64,000 nt of DNA, taken from NCBI GenBank assembly GCA_947626105.1, contig CANQQY010000002.1, positions 101,083-165,082 of the forward strand, written 5' to 3'. Within the stretch, counting starts at the first letter, position 1, and every line of letters starts with the position of its first letter. The stretch is from an uncultured Clostridia bacterium (GTDB lineage Bacteria > Bacillota > Clostridia > Christensenellales > Borkfalkiaceae). Positions 26,074 to 35,057 of the stretch are shown here, one piece after another. A model generated the notes under the pieces. The model made no database searches. It worked only from the letters and a program-made list of their open reading frames with translations, and had not been told where the DNA came from. A program made the translations under genes and the position numbers.

Positions 26074-27252
26074 ATGAAATTTTGTGCGGTAATTTGCGAA
26101 TACAATCCTTTTCATGCGGGGCATGCCTATCTGTTTTCCAAGATCCGGGAAGCCGGATACGGGCATATCCTCTGCATCATGAGCGGAAACTTCACGCAGC
26201 GCGGGGAAGCCGCCCTCTTTCAGAAGTACGTCCGCGCCCGCCATGCGGTGGAAAACGGCGCGGACGCCGTGATAGAGCTTCCCGCCGCCTTTGCCGTCTC
26301 CCCCGCCGAACTCTTTGCGGGCGGCGCCGTGCATATCCTCTCCGCACTTGAAAACGTCGAAGCGCTCGCCTTCGGGTGTGAGAGCGGGACGCGGGAGGAG
26401 TTTTTGCGCACCGCCGAAGCGCTCCTGCGCGAGGACAAGCCTTTCCGTGCCGCCCTGAAAGAGAATCTCAAAGACGGGACGTCCTATATCCGCGCCCGCA
26501 ACGCCGCGCTGCTTGCGACCCGTTCGGATGTGGACGAAAAACTGCTTTCCTCCCCCAATAATATCCTCGGAATTGAATACTGCCGCGCTCTTCTTTCGGA
26601 AAAGAGCGGGATCCTCCCCCTGCCCATCGCCCGCGTCGGGAGCGGGCACGGGGACGCGGAGCTCAAAAAGAATTACTCCTCCTCGACCGCCATCCGCGAA
26701 GCCATCCGCCGCGGAGAGAGACGGGATAAGAAAATGCTCAAAGCGAATCTTCCCGAAAACGTCTACCGGGATGTGTCGGACTGCACCTTTCCACCCTTTG
26801 AAGAGGCGGCGCTCGCCATGCTCTTTGCGCGGACGCGGGAAGAGATCGCAAAGACGCCCGATTGCGCCGAGGGGCTCGAAAACAGGCTTGTCTCCATGGC
26901 GAAGAGCAATCCGCGCTACGGCGACCTGCTCCAAAAGGTCGTCTCCAAGCGGTATACCCTTTCCCGCCTGAAACGCATCCTCGCGCAGAATTTTTTGGGA
27001 GTGGATCTCGAAGCGGTTCGGGAGTATCTCTCCGCGCCCCTCTACGCCAACGTGCTGGCGGTCAATGGGCAGAATGCCGAGGAGATCCTGTCCTCTCTTT
27101 CGGGCTCGATCCCCGTCATCGCGCGCAAGAGCGACTACTCGATGCTCAAAAAGGACGCGCTGGACTGTTTCACCCTCGACATCCGTGCGAACGACCTCTA
27201 TAACGTCCTCACGGGAACGTACACGAACGAATTTCTGACGCTGTTTGTGTGA
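26074..27252 (+). CDS. tmcAL: tRNA(Met) cytidine acetate ligase (UPF0348/YlbM family)
   Basis: MKFCAVICEYNPFHAGHAYL nucleotidyltransferase motif; 392 aa. Confidence 0.8.
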   Translation: MKFCAVICEYNPFHAGHAYLFSKIREAGYGHILCIMSGNFTQRGEAALFQKYVRARHAVENGADAVIELPAAFAVSPAELFAGGAVHILSALENVEALAFGCESGTREEFLRTAEALLREDKPFRAALKENLKDGTSYIRARNAALLATRSDVDEKLLSSPNNILGIEYCRALLSEKSGILPLPIARVGSGHGDAELKKNYSSSTAIREAIRRGERRDKKMLKANLPENVYRDVSDCTFPPFEEAALAMLFARTREEIAKTPDCAEGLENRLVSMAKSNPRYGDLLQKVVSKRYTLSRLKRILAQNFLGVDLEAVREYLSAPLYANVLAVNGQNAEEILSSLSGSIPVIARKSDYSMLKKDALDCFTLDIRANDLYNVLTGTYTNEFLTLFV

Positions 27253-27720
27253 GCTCGGCTCCCCCTCGTTCCTTGCTGCCCCTCTTAGGGGAAGTCCCCG
27301 AACAACGTGAGGGGAAAGGGGTTTCCAAAACCCCTCTGTCACTCACTGCGTTCGTGACATCTCAGGCGGAAAAGGCTCCAAAAATAGAATGGTCGCCTTT
27401 TCCTGCCATCCCTAAGGAAGGACCCTACAAGGGGCGACAAGGTTGGACTCCGTTCTTCGGGATCCTTCGGGCTTCGCCCTCAGGATGACGCGGTAAATCG
27501 GGGCAACTAGGTTCGCCCTTCGTTCTGAATTACTGCGCGAAGCAAAACCACGCTTTTGCGGCAGCGCACTCAATTTGCCGAACCCCTTCGGCTTACTGTC
27601 CTGTGAAACAAAACAGGGGCGGCCGAATTGTAATTACAAGGCAGAAATTTTAACCCCTCGCTCGTATTTATTTTTGAGCACGCGCCCACAAGGCGCGGAC
27701 GAAAAAAGAAATCGCGCGAA
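27253..27720. repeat. Intergenic mosaic repeat cluster R3
   Basis: Family A module, family H unit (CTCAGGCGGAAAAGGCTCCAAAAATAGAATGGTCGCC..., inverted copy at 40545-40605), half of a family B unit, and family D copy D2. Confidence 0.85.
27522..27719 (+). repeat. Family D multi-hairpin element, copy D2
   Basis: GTTCTGAATTAC, then TGCGCGAAGCAAAACCACGCTTTTGCGGCAGCGCA, CAATTTGCCGAACCCCTTCGGC, CCTGTGAAACA, GGCCGAAT, and CTCGCTCGTATTT...AAGAAATCGCGCG. Confidence 0.8.
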
Positions 27721-27763
27721 AAAAACTCCCGCTCCTGTGCAAAACAGGAGCGGGAGATTTTTT
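27720..27763. terminator. Bidirectional terminator downstream of GH43
   Basis: A-run, CTCCCGCTCCTGT-GCAAA-ACAGGAGCGGGAG, T-run. Confidence 0.75.
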
Positions 27764-27768
27764 GCTTG

Positions 27769-30057
27769 TCAGCCGACGAGGTTGCCGCCCGTGAGGGTGG
27801 AGTAGTTGTTCATGAACATCGCCATGTTGCGGTCGCCCGCGTCGCTGCCGAGGCAGGTGATCGTGAACCCGGACTTGTTCTGGTCGCCCAGCCATGCGGG
27901 ACGGACGACGCCGTAGAATTCCTTATTCCCGCTGTCCTTATTGTTTGTGCCCTTGAGCGTGGCGTCGAAGGTGAACTTGATGTACCCCTTTCCGTACATC
28001 TTCCACGTGCCGATCTTGGAGCCGTTCGCTTCCGTGATGGTGTGATCGGATTTCAGATATACATCGCGGGATTCGTTCTGGATCGCATAGAAGTTTTTGC
28101 TTGCCGTGTCGCGCTGGTTGATCATGACGACCATCTTGAACTTATACGCGCCCTCGGACGCCGTCTGGGTATAGGCGAGGAGCTCCTCTTCGGACACCGC
28201 CCTGTCGATCTCCTTCCCGTAGCGGTTGGGGTTGATGACGATATGCCCGAGGCTGTTGAGATAGTATTGGTGCACCTGCGACATGAACGTACCCGTGTTC
28301 TCGGGGTCATTCTCCTTGGGAATGCGGGTGATGTACGCCGCAAGGCTCACCCCGTCCTGCGTCGTGTAGAGGTCGTTATGGCCGGGCAGGATGATGTCGT
28401 ATTCCTTCACGCCCTCGGACTTATTCGTCCAGCGGAATGCGCCCATGTATTTATTCCCCGAGTTCTTGTTGTTCCCGGGACCGACATTGCGGACGATGCC
28501 GCCGCCGACGGAACGATAGGTGCCCCAGACGCTCTCGCTTCTGCCGCCCCACATCTGGTAGTTATCGCCGAGGCCGTCATAGGAGTGCATAGAGTAGTAG
28601 TAAGTCTTGCCGCTGCCTTCGAGGAGCTGTTCGTTCTCGTCCATGAGCGTCACATTATCGTGACGGGCGATGACGGGCGCTTCCATGTTGGCTTTGGAGA
28701 TGTTTTTGCCGTAATAATCGTGTTCCCAGCCGACGCTGTCGCTCGACACGCTGCCGTAATCGTCTTGGATATCCTCCTCGATGTATTTACGGATCTGTTC
28801 GTGCGTCTGCCAGCCCTTTCCGTCCTTGCGCATCCCCGTTGCGGGATCGAGTTCGATCATATAGTCGCCCGAGCCGAAGGAGCCGTACGCCATATACATC
28901 TTCCCGTCCGTATCGTAGATGATCTGCGGGTCGATGCCGTTGACGTCCGCCACGCTCTCGCCGCGCTGAATGGAGGACTGCATCAGGACGACGGGATCGC
29001 CGTTTGCGTCCTTCACGGGCTTGAAGGAACCGGCGCGGAGCGTCTTGGAATAATAGAGAAGGATGCATGCGCGCGCATATTTGCCGCCCCCGATCTGCAT
29101 GCCTTCCTGTCTTTCCCTATTGTCTTCCGAGCCGTCGACGACGCAGGTGTACAGCCAGTAGCCGCCCGTAGGGCAGGGCACGATGTCGGGCGCCCACCAG
29201 CTTGCGTCCTCTTCGGAATAGCCCTGGCAGTAACCGTCATACAGCCACTTGCCAGCCTTGGTGGTCACGAAATCCTCGTCGCGGGTCGCCGCGTCGAACG
29301 TTCTGCCCACGTAGTTCCAGGTAATAAGGTCGGTAGACGAGTGGATCGCGTTACCGTACGTTCTGACGCCGTCATCCGTCGTCTGATCCGCCCAACCCGT
29401 GGAAAACAGATAATAGGTGGACTTTCCGCTCTTACTGACGGACTCCACAAAGGACGGGTCGTGCGTTCTGCCGAGGTATTTGCTGGTAGATTCGCTCGCG
29501 TCGTTCCCGAGGTCGGTGTACTGGTTGCCGGGATCTTCGACATAGGCGGGCACGACGGTGATCCTGCCGTAATCGCCGTCCTCTTCCTCATAGCCGATCG
29601 TCCCCGCGCCGACCGCCGTAAACGTACCCGTCTCCGCGTCATAGGTCGCAACGTCCGTGTACTTTTTGGATCTCGGCGTGACGGAGAATTTGGTTACGTC
29701 CAGCCCCTTCGCCGCAACGACTTTGGTATCCTCTTCGGAAAGAGAGATGTTGTCGTCGGGCAGATTGTCGTAACAGATGATCTTTCCGCCCGTAAAGACG
29801 GGGTCGGGATTGGTTTCTCCGCCGGGATCGGGAGTTTCGCCGGAACCGGGAGTTTCGCCGGGGCCTGGATTCGTTCCTTCACCGGGATTGGGATTCGTTC
29901 CTTCACCGGGATTGGGATTCGTTCCCTCACCGGGATTCGTCGTGTTCTGATCGGTGTTGCCGCTTTCGTCCTTCGATCCGTTGTCGCAGCCCGCAAAGAG
30001 CGAGACGGCAAGGATCGCGCCGAGCGAAAGCGCAAGGATCTTCTGATACTTCTTCAT
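27769..30057 (-). CDS. GH43-family glycoside hydrolase lipoprotein (arabinanase/xylosidase-like)
   Basis: Lipobox LFAGC, a GEGTNPNP linker repeat, WAPDIV, GIDPQIIYDTDGKMYMAYGSFG and further beta-propeller motifs. Start ATG 30057 follows AAGGGGGAA. Confidence 0.65.
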   Translation of the reverse strand: MKKYQKILALSLGAILAVSLFAGCDNGSKDESGNTDQNTTNPGEGTNPNPGEGTNPNPGEGTNPGPGETPGSGETPDPGGETNPDPVFTGGKIICYDNLPDDNISLSEEDTKVVAAKGLDVTKFSVTPRSKKYTDVATYDAETGTFTAVGAGTIGYEEEDGDYGRITVVPAYVEDPGNQYTDLGNDASESTSKYLGRTHDPSFVESVSKSGKSTYYLFSTGWADQTTDDGVRTYGNAIHSSTDLITWNYVGRTFDAATRDEDFVTTKAGKWLYDGYCQGYSEEDASWWAPDIVPCPTGGYWLYTCVVDGSEDNRERQEGMQIGGGKYARACILLYYSKTLRAGSFKPVKDANGDPVVLMQSSIQRGESVADVNGIDPQIIYDTDGKMYMAYGSFGSGDYMIELDPATGMRKDGKGWQTHEQIRKYIEEDIQDDYGSVSSDSVGWEHDYYGKNISKANMEAPVIARHDNVTLMDENEQLLEGSGKTYYYSMHSYDGLGDNYQMWGGRSESVWGTYRSVGGGIVRNVGPGNNKNSGNKYMGAFRWTNKSEGVKEYDIILPGHNDLYTTQDGVSLAAYITRIPKENDPENTGTFMSQVHQYYLNSLGHIVINPNRYGKEIDRAVSEEELLAYTQTASEGAYKFKMVVMINQRDTASKNFYAIQNESRDVYLKSDHTITEANGSKIGTWKMYGKGYIKFTFDATLKGTNNKDSGNKEFYGVVRPAWLGDQNKSGFTITCLGSDAGDRNMAMFMNNYSTLTGGNLVG

Positions 30058-30085
30058 TCTTTCCCCCTTAAAAGATATTTTTTTC

Positions 30086-30114
30086 ATTTTACCATGAAAT
30101 GCGCTTGTTTGCAA
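30086..30114 (-). promoter_or_regulatory. Sigma-A type promoter of the GH43 gene
   Basis: Minus strand reads TTGCAA, 17 nt, TGg-TAAAAT. Confidence 0.55.
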
Positions 30115-30270
30115 TAGATTTTTTGAAAAATTCACGAAATAAAGCAAAGCGCAACCGCAAATGCAGCTGCGCTCCGCTTAGAGAGAATATGAAAAAATAT
30201 GGAGTGGTCGTCTTTGTACCTTTATGATACATGCCGAACGTGTCCGTTTCGTGACAGGCGCATTAAATCT

Positions 30271-31794
30271 TTATAAAAGGTATTTCCGCGCGATCGTCTC
30301 GGCGACCCTGAGCCCGTCCGCCGCCGCGGAGGTGATCCCGCCCGCGTAGCCGCAGCCCTCTCCGCAGGGGTAAACGCCTTCCTTCCCCGCCGCCCGAAAG
30401 CTCTCATCGCGCACGATGCGCACGGGCGAACTCGTCCGCGACTCCACGCCCGTCAGAACGGCGTCGAAAGCGGAAAAGACGGAAAACCGCCGTGCCATGT
30501 CCGGGATCCCCGCGCGGAGAGAGGAGACGACGACGGGCGGCAGATAGCTTTCGAGAGGCGCGAACGCAGTCCCCCGCGCATAGGAAGGCCGCACGGATCC
30601 GAAATAATAGCTCTCCTTTCCCGCAAGGAAATCCCCCATGAGCTGGACGGGCGCGAGATAATTCCCGCCTGCGGCACGGAAGGCCGCGCGCTCGAGTTTG
30701 CGCTGGAATTCCACGCCCGCCAAGGGATGCTCCGAGCCGAAATCGGAGGGGATGACCTGCGCAATCAGGGCGGAATTTGCGTTTCTCTCATCGCGGGCAT
30801 AGTTGCTCATCCCGTTGGTGACGACGCCCCCTCCCTCGCTCGCGGCGGGGATGACGACCCCGCCCGGGCACATGCAGAAGGTGAATACCGCCCGCTCACC
30901 CGCATGGGAGACGAGTTTATAGTCCGCGGGTGGAAGGGCGAGATAGCCGCTCCCGTACTGCGCTTTGCCGATCTCCGATTGCAGATGCTCCACCCTTACG
31001 CCGACCGCAAAGGGCTTCTGTTCAATGAGAAATCCGCGCGAGAGGAGCATTTCAAAGGTGTCCCTCGCGCTGTGCCCGACGGCGAGAACGAGCTCGTCCG
31101 CCTCCTCCTGTTCCCCGTTGACAAAGACCGCGGAGAGCTTTCCGTCCTTGATCTCCACGTCCGTGAGCGCAGACAGAAAGCGCACTTCGCCCCCCTGTGC
31201 GAGGATATAGTTGCGCATTTCGGCGACGATCTTCCTTAAATTGTCGCTCCCGATGTGCGGTTTGTTGAGATAGGCGATCTCCGCGGGCGCGCCGAAGCGC
31301 ACAAAGAGATCGAGCACGTCGCGGTTCAGGGGGCTGTTCGTCTGCGTGTTGAGTTTTCCGTCCGAAAACGTCCCCGCGCCCCCCTCGCCGAACTGTACGT
31401 TGCTGCCCGCGTCGAGCGCGCCGCCCGCGCGGAAGTTCTCCACATCCTTGATGCGCTCCTCCACGGGCTTGCCGCGCTCCAAGAGAACGGGACGGATCCC
31501 GTGGTCCAAAAGGCGCAAGGCGCAAAAAAGCCCCGCGGGGCCGCTCCCCGCGATATAGACGCGGGGCTGGGGGCAGGAGATCTTCGCAAAGACGGGCTCC
31601 TCCCGCCGCTCTTCCCTGTCCGAGCACTCCACGCTGTAAACCCAACGGATATCCCCTTTATCGCGGGCGTCCAGCGATTTTTTGAGGATACGGAACTCCT
31701 TTACGGGCGCATGGAGCTTCTGCCCGCAAATTTTGAGGAGCTTCCCCTCCCGTTCGTGGGGGCGCAGGACGAGATTGTTCAAAACAAGTTTCAT
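30271..31794 (-). CDS. FAD-dependent oxidoreductase (COG2509-like)
   Basis: VYIAGSGPAGLFCALRL dinucleotide-binding motif; 507 aa. The start overlaps the upstream stop (ATGA at 31791-31794). Confidence 0.6.
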   Translation of the reverse strand: MKLVLNNLVLRPHEREGKLLKICGQKLHAPVKEFRILKKSLDARDKGDIRWVYSVECSDREERREEPVFAKISCPQPRVYIAGSGPAGLFCALRLLDHGIRPVLLERGKPVEERIKDVENFRAGGALDAGSNVQFGEGGAGTFSDGKLNTQTNSPLNRDVLDLFVRFGAPAEIAYLNKPHIGSDNLRKIVAEMRNYILAQGGEVRFLSALTDVEIKDGKLSAVFVNGEQEEADELVLAVGHSARDTFEMLLSRGFLIEQKPFAVGVRVEHLQSEIGKAQYGSGYLALPPADYKLVSHAGERAVFTFCMCPGGVVIPAASEGGGVVTNGMSNYARDERNANSALIAQVIPSDFGSEHPLAGVEFQRKLERAAFRAAGGNYLAPVQLMGDFLAGKESYYFGSVRPSYARGTAFAPLESYLPPVVVSSLRAGIPDMARRFSVFSAFDAVLTGVESRTSSPVRIVRDESFRAAGKEGVYPCGEGCGYAGGITSAAADGLRVAETIARKYLL

Positions 31795-32897
31795 ATTCCC
31801 TCCGCGGCGACATAGGCGGATGTGAACGCCCATTGCAGATTATAGCCGCCGCACATGCCGTCTACGTTGAGGATCTCTCCCGCGAAAAACAGCCCATCGC
31901 GTTTGAGGCTCATGAGATTTTCATCCGTCTCGCCGAGGGGGATCCCGCCCCGCGTCGCCTGCGCGTAGTCGAAGCCGAGCGTGCCCGTCACGGTCAGTTC
32001 GAACCGCTTACAGAGCTCCGCCGCCCTCCCCCGCGCCGCAAGAACGCGTCCAAGCCCGTTGTTGACGACGCAGAGCATGCCGCCCCGCTCCGCCGCCGCC
32101 GCGACGCGACCGTAGTCCACATCGGGGAGAAAATCGAGGACGATCGTATCCCCCTTTTCCGCAAAAGAGGAAGCGCGGAACACGGCGTCCCCCGAAAGTC
32201 CGCTCTCGGTGAAGAGGATATCCCCCCGCGTCGCGTAAATTTCTTTCCCGTCCCGCAGAAGGACGAGGGCGGCGTCCGCACGGATCCCCTTTAAGCCGCG
32301 CACCGCCTTGGGATCGCAGCGGAGCCGGACGAGCACGGGAGAAAGCGGGGTGACGGTATGCCCGAACCCCTGCGCTAAGGCGTAGGCGGAGCCGTCCGTG
32401 CCGAAATTCTTCGCCGCTTTTCCGCCCGCCGCAAGCACAACTGCGTCCGCACGCATCTGTCCCCCCGCCCATGCGAGGCGGAAATCCCCGTCATATGCGA
32501 GAGAGGACACTTGTGCGCCGAATAAAACGTTCACGCCGAGGCGCGCGATCTCCCGCCGCAAAAGGTCGGTCACGGCGGAAGCCTGCCGTCCCGCGGGATA
32601 TACTCTGCCGCGGCTGTCGGGCAAAAAGATGCCACCCATGTCCTCGAAGAAGGCGACGGTATCGCTTGCCGAAAAGCGCGAAAGGGCGCGGGCGACCTTC
32701 CCGTTGTCGTCCGAAAAATAGTACTCCGCGCCCATGTTGACGTTTGTAACGTTTCCCTGCCCGTTCCCGGTCGCTGACAGCTTTCTGCCGAGGCGCTCCC
32801 CCCGTTCGAGGAGCGTCACGGCGCGTCCCTTCCGCGCGAGCAGGACGGCGCACGCCATTCCCGCCGCGCCGCCGCCGATCACCGCAATTTTTTCCAT
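31791..32897 (-). CDS. HI0933/YhiN(BaiN)-like flavoprotein
   Basis: IAVIGGGAAGMACAVLLARKG ... GRKLSATGNGQGNVTN is characteristic of the HI0933 family. Confidence 0.75.
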   Translation of the reverse strand: MEKIAVIGGGAAGMACAVLLARKGRAVTLLERGERLGRKLSATGNGQGNVTNVNMGAEYYFSDDNGKVARALSRFSASDTVAFFEDMGGIFLPDSRGRVYPAGRQASAVTDLLRREIARLGVNVLFGAQVSSLAYDGDFRLAWAGGQMRADAVVLAAGGKAAKNFGTDGSAYALAQGFGHTVTPLSPVLVRLRCDPKAVRGLKGIRADAALVLLRDGKEIYATRGDILFTESGLSGDAVFRASSFAEKGDTIVLDFLPDVDYGRVAAAAERGGMLCVVNNGLGRVLAARGRAAELCKRFELTVTGTLGFDYAQATRGGIPLGETDENLMSLKRDGLFFAGEILNVDGMCGGYNLQWAFTSAYVAAEGI

Positions 32898-32903
32898 ATT
32901 TCT

Positions 32904-32932
32904 ATCTTACCGCAATCAAAATTTTTTGTCAA
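32904..32932 (-). promoter_or_regulatory. Promoter with leaderless geometry for the flavoprotein operon
   Basis: Minus strand reads TTGACA (32932-32927), 17 nt, TAAGAT (32909-32904), then 6 nt and ATG 32897. No Shine-Dalgarno site. Confidence 0.5.
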
Positions 32933-32935
32933 ACA

Positions 32936-32964
32936 TTGACAGTTCGATTTTTTCGTGTTACAAT
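32936..32964 (+). promoter_or_regulatory. Promoter of the YegP-domain gene
   Basis: TTGACA (32936-41), 17 nt, TGt-TACAAT (32959-64). The two -35 boxes form the palindrome TGTCAA-ACA-TTGACA. Confidence 0.55.
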
Positions 32965-32990
32965 ATAGAACATAAAAGGAGCGTCATATC

Positions 32991-33881
32991 ATGAATACAA
33001 CTTTGAATGCAACATTTTGGGAATATATCACGGACAAGGCGAACCTGCCCCTTCTGATCGTGCTCGCCGCGATCGTCGTCGCGATCCTCGTGCTTGTCAT
33101 CGTGATGATCGTCCTCTCCGTCAAGGCGAAGAAGCGCAGCAGGTTGGAGGCGGAAGAGGCCGTCCGCGCGCTTGCGAACGTCCCGCCCGACGAAGAATAT
33201 ACCCCCGTCACGGCGGCGGAGAGCGCTTCTGCGCAAGAGGAAGCCGAAGAAAGCGCGGAAAGCCCTTCATCGGAACCCTTAGCGGAGCCGATCGCCGAAC
33301 CCGCGGAGGAGACGGAAACGCCCGCAGGATCTGCGGAACCTTTACAGATAAAAGAGGAGGAAACGGAAATGGCAGAAAAGAAACAACCTACGCCCGCCCA
33401 AAAGGACGTAAAGAAGCCCGAGCCCAAGAAGGCGGAACCCGTCAAAAAGGACGTGAAAAAGCCCGAGCCTAAAAAGGCGGAGCCTGTGAAGAGCGACGCC
33501 AAAAAGCCCGAGCCCAAGAAGGCGGAACCCGCCAAGGTCTCCGCTGCGAACGGCAAATGGGTCATCGAAACGGTCAAGGGCAAGTATTGGCTCAGCCTTA
33601 TCGCCCCCAACGGACAGGTCATGCTCGAAAGCCCCACCCCTTATGCGTCCCTTTCGAGCGCGAGATCGGGCATCAAGACCTATCAGGACAACATCGCCGC
33701 CGATCGCCTCGAAATCACCGAACACAAGAACGGCGATTCGCAGGTGCAGGTGCTCACCGCCGGCGGCAGACTTCTTGCGACGAGCTCGACCTACTCGTCC
33801 CGTTCGCAAGCGGACAGCGCGAAGGAATCCATCAAGCGTTGGGCTTCCACGACCGCCGTCGAAGAAGTCCCCGAAAAGTAA
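32991..33881 (+). CDS. Membrane-anchored protein with tandem YegP/DUF1508-like domains
   Basis: N-terminal TM, acidic segment, KKPEPKKAEPVK repeats, then KGKYWLSLIAPNGQVMLESPTPYASLSSARSGI and QVQVLTAGGRLLATSSTYSSRSQADSAKESI. Confidence 0.6.
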   Translation: MNTTLNATFWEYITDKANLPLLIVLAAIVVAILVLVIVMIVLSVKAKKRSRLEAEEAVRALANVPPDEEYTPVTAAESASAQEEAEESAESPSSEPLAEPIAEPAEETETPAGSAEPLQIKEEETEMAEKKQPTPAQKDVKKPEPKKAEPVKKDVKKPEPKKAEPVKSDAKKPEPKKAEPAKVSAANGKWVIETVKGKYWLSLIAPNGQVMLESPTPYASLSSARSGIKTYQDNIAADRLEITEHKNGDSQVQVLTAGGRLLATSSTYSSRSQADSAKESIKRWASTTAVEEVPEK

Positions 33882-33899
33882 CATAAGTTGCGAAAAATC

Positions 33900-33931
33900 A
33901 AAAACAGCGGCTCTTTCGCCGCTGTTTTTTT
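33900..33931 (+). terminator. Intrinsic terminator
   Basis: AAAAACAGCGGC-TCTTTC-GCCGCTGTTTTTTT. Confidence 0.8.
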
Positions 33932-33944
33932 ACAAGAAACCAAA

Positions 33945-34040
33945 CACTTGCTTCCCCTCTTAGGGGAAGTACCCGCACTCTCCTCACTTGCTTCCCCTCT
34001 CAGGGGAAGTACCCGCGCAGCGGGGGAAAGGGTTTCCAAG
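33945..34040. repeat. Intergenic repeat cluster R4 (family A modules)
   Basis: Two copies of CACTTGCTTCCCCTCTTAGGGGAAGTACCCGC, then GCGCAGCGGGGGAAAGGGTTTCC. Confidence 0.8.
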
Positions 34041-34062
34041 TAGAGAGCAGCGCCAAAAGTAA

Positions 34063-34908
34063 TTATTTTGCGCGGTTTTCGATGAGACGGGATCTCTCGA
34101 TCTGCGCAAAGATCTCCGCAAGGGGATCGGTGTCCGCCTCCTCGATCCTGCCGCCGTCTGCAAGGGTCCGCGTCGCTTCGGAAAGCGGCAACCGCGCCGC
34201 CGCGGGGAAGCCATATTTCTCTTTCAGCCCCTCTACGCGGCTTGCGCCGAAGATCTCATGCGCCTTCCCGCAATCGGGGCAGACATAATAACTCATGTTT
34301 TCGGCAATGCCGAGCAGCGGGATCTCCATCATCTTCGCCATATTCACCGCCTTGCCTACGATCATCTCCACGAGATCCTGCGGCGTCGTCACGACGACAA
34401 CGCCCGAAAGCGGAATGGATTGGAATACGGTGAGCGGCACGTCGCCCGTTCCGGGGGGCATGTCGATGAACATCATGTCGAGATCCCCCCATTCGACGTC
34501 CGTCCAGAACTGCGTCGCCGCGCCCGCGATCAGAGATCCGCGCCAGACGACGGGGTCGTCCTCATGCTCCAAAAGGGTGTTCATGGACATGAGTTTGATG
34601 CCGCTCTTCGCCACGACGGGCTGGATCGCACCGTCTGTCCCATAGGCATGTCCGAGAACCCCGAACGCTTTCGGAATGGAAGGACCCGTGATGTCTGCGT
34701 CGAGGATCCCGACATGGTACCCCCGCGCCGCCGCGCGCACCGCCAAAAGCGCCGTGACGAGCGATTTTCCGACGCCGCCCTTGCCGCTTGCCACGGCGAC
34801 GACGCGCTTGACGCTCGCATGCTTGTTGATCGGCTTGATGAAAGAATTTTTGCTTCTCGTCCCGCAGTTCGAGCTGCAAGTGGAACAGTCATGCGTACAG
34901 TTTGCCAT
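34063..34908 (-). CDS. Mrp/NBP35 (ApbC-like) Fe-S cluster carrier ATPase
   Basis: VVAVASGKGGVGKS deviant Walker A and a CPDCG motif. The N-terminal Cys-rich tail begins at ATG 34908 after AAGGAGA. Confidence 0.8.
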   Translation of the reverse strand: MANCTHDCSTCSSNCGTRSKNSFIKPINKHASVKRVVAVASGKGGVGKSLVTALLAVRAAARGYHVGILDADITGPSIPKAFGVLGHAYGTDGAIQPVVAKSGIKLMSMNTLLEHEDDPVVWRGSLIAGAATQFWTDVEWGDLDMMFIDMPPGTGDVPLTVFQSIPLSGVVVVTTPQDLVEMIVGKAVNMAKMMEIPLLGIAENMSYYVCPDCGKAHEIFGASRVEGLKEKYGFPAAARLPLSEATRTLADGGRIEEADTDPLAEIFAQIERSRLIENRAK

Positions 34909-34926
34909 AATTCTCCTTTTGCAAGC

Positions 34927-34955
34927 ATTATAGCACGGATCACTCCCCTTGGCAA
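34927..34955 (-). promoter_or_regulatory. Sigma-A type promoter of the Mrp gene
   Basis: Minus strand reads TTGCCA, 17 nt, TGc-TATAAT. Confidence 0.55.
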
Positions 34956-35057
34956 GCATTTTCACGGCTTGTCCCTACCCTCGGCTCCCCCTCGTCCCCG
35001 CCTTTCAGAACCATTGCCCACCCTCCTACTCCCCTTCCTTGGGAGGGGGCATGCCCC

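Noticed and set aside
27766-30117. Very long plus-strand ORF (783 aa) and similar long ORFs at 38448..40454, 45642..47510, 50446..52230, 20133..21626, 10679..12181, 24455..25981, 25987..27342, 23635..24951, 52591..53832, 4704..5900, 3303..4445 and 13895..15046.
   Set aside because: Each lies antisense to, or out of frame with, a gene whose product I recognise confidently (GH43, pnp, relA, secD, ABC ATPase, S41, pta, tmcAL, ackA, scfB and others). Their translations are R/G/D/H/A-rich low-complexity strings, typical of shadow frames in high-GC DNA. None has a Shine-Dalgarno site.
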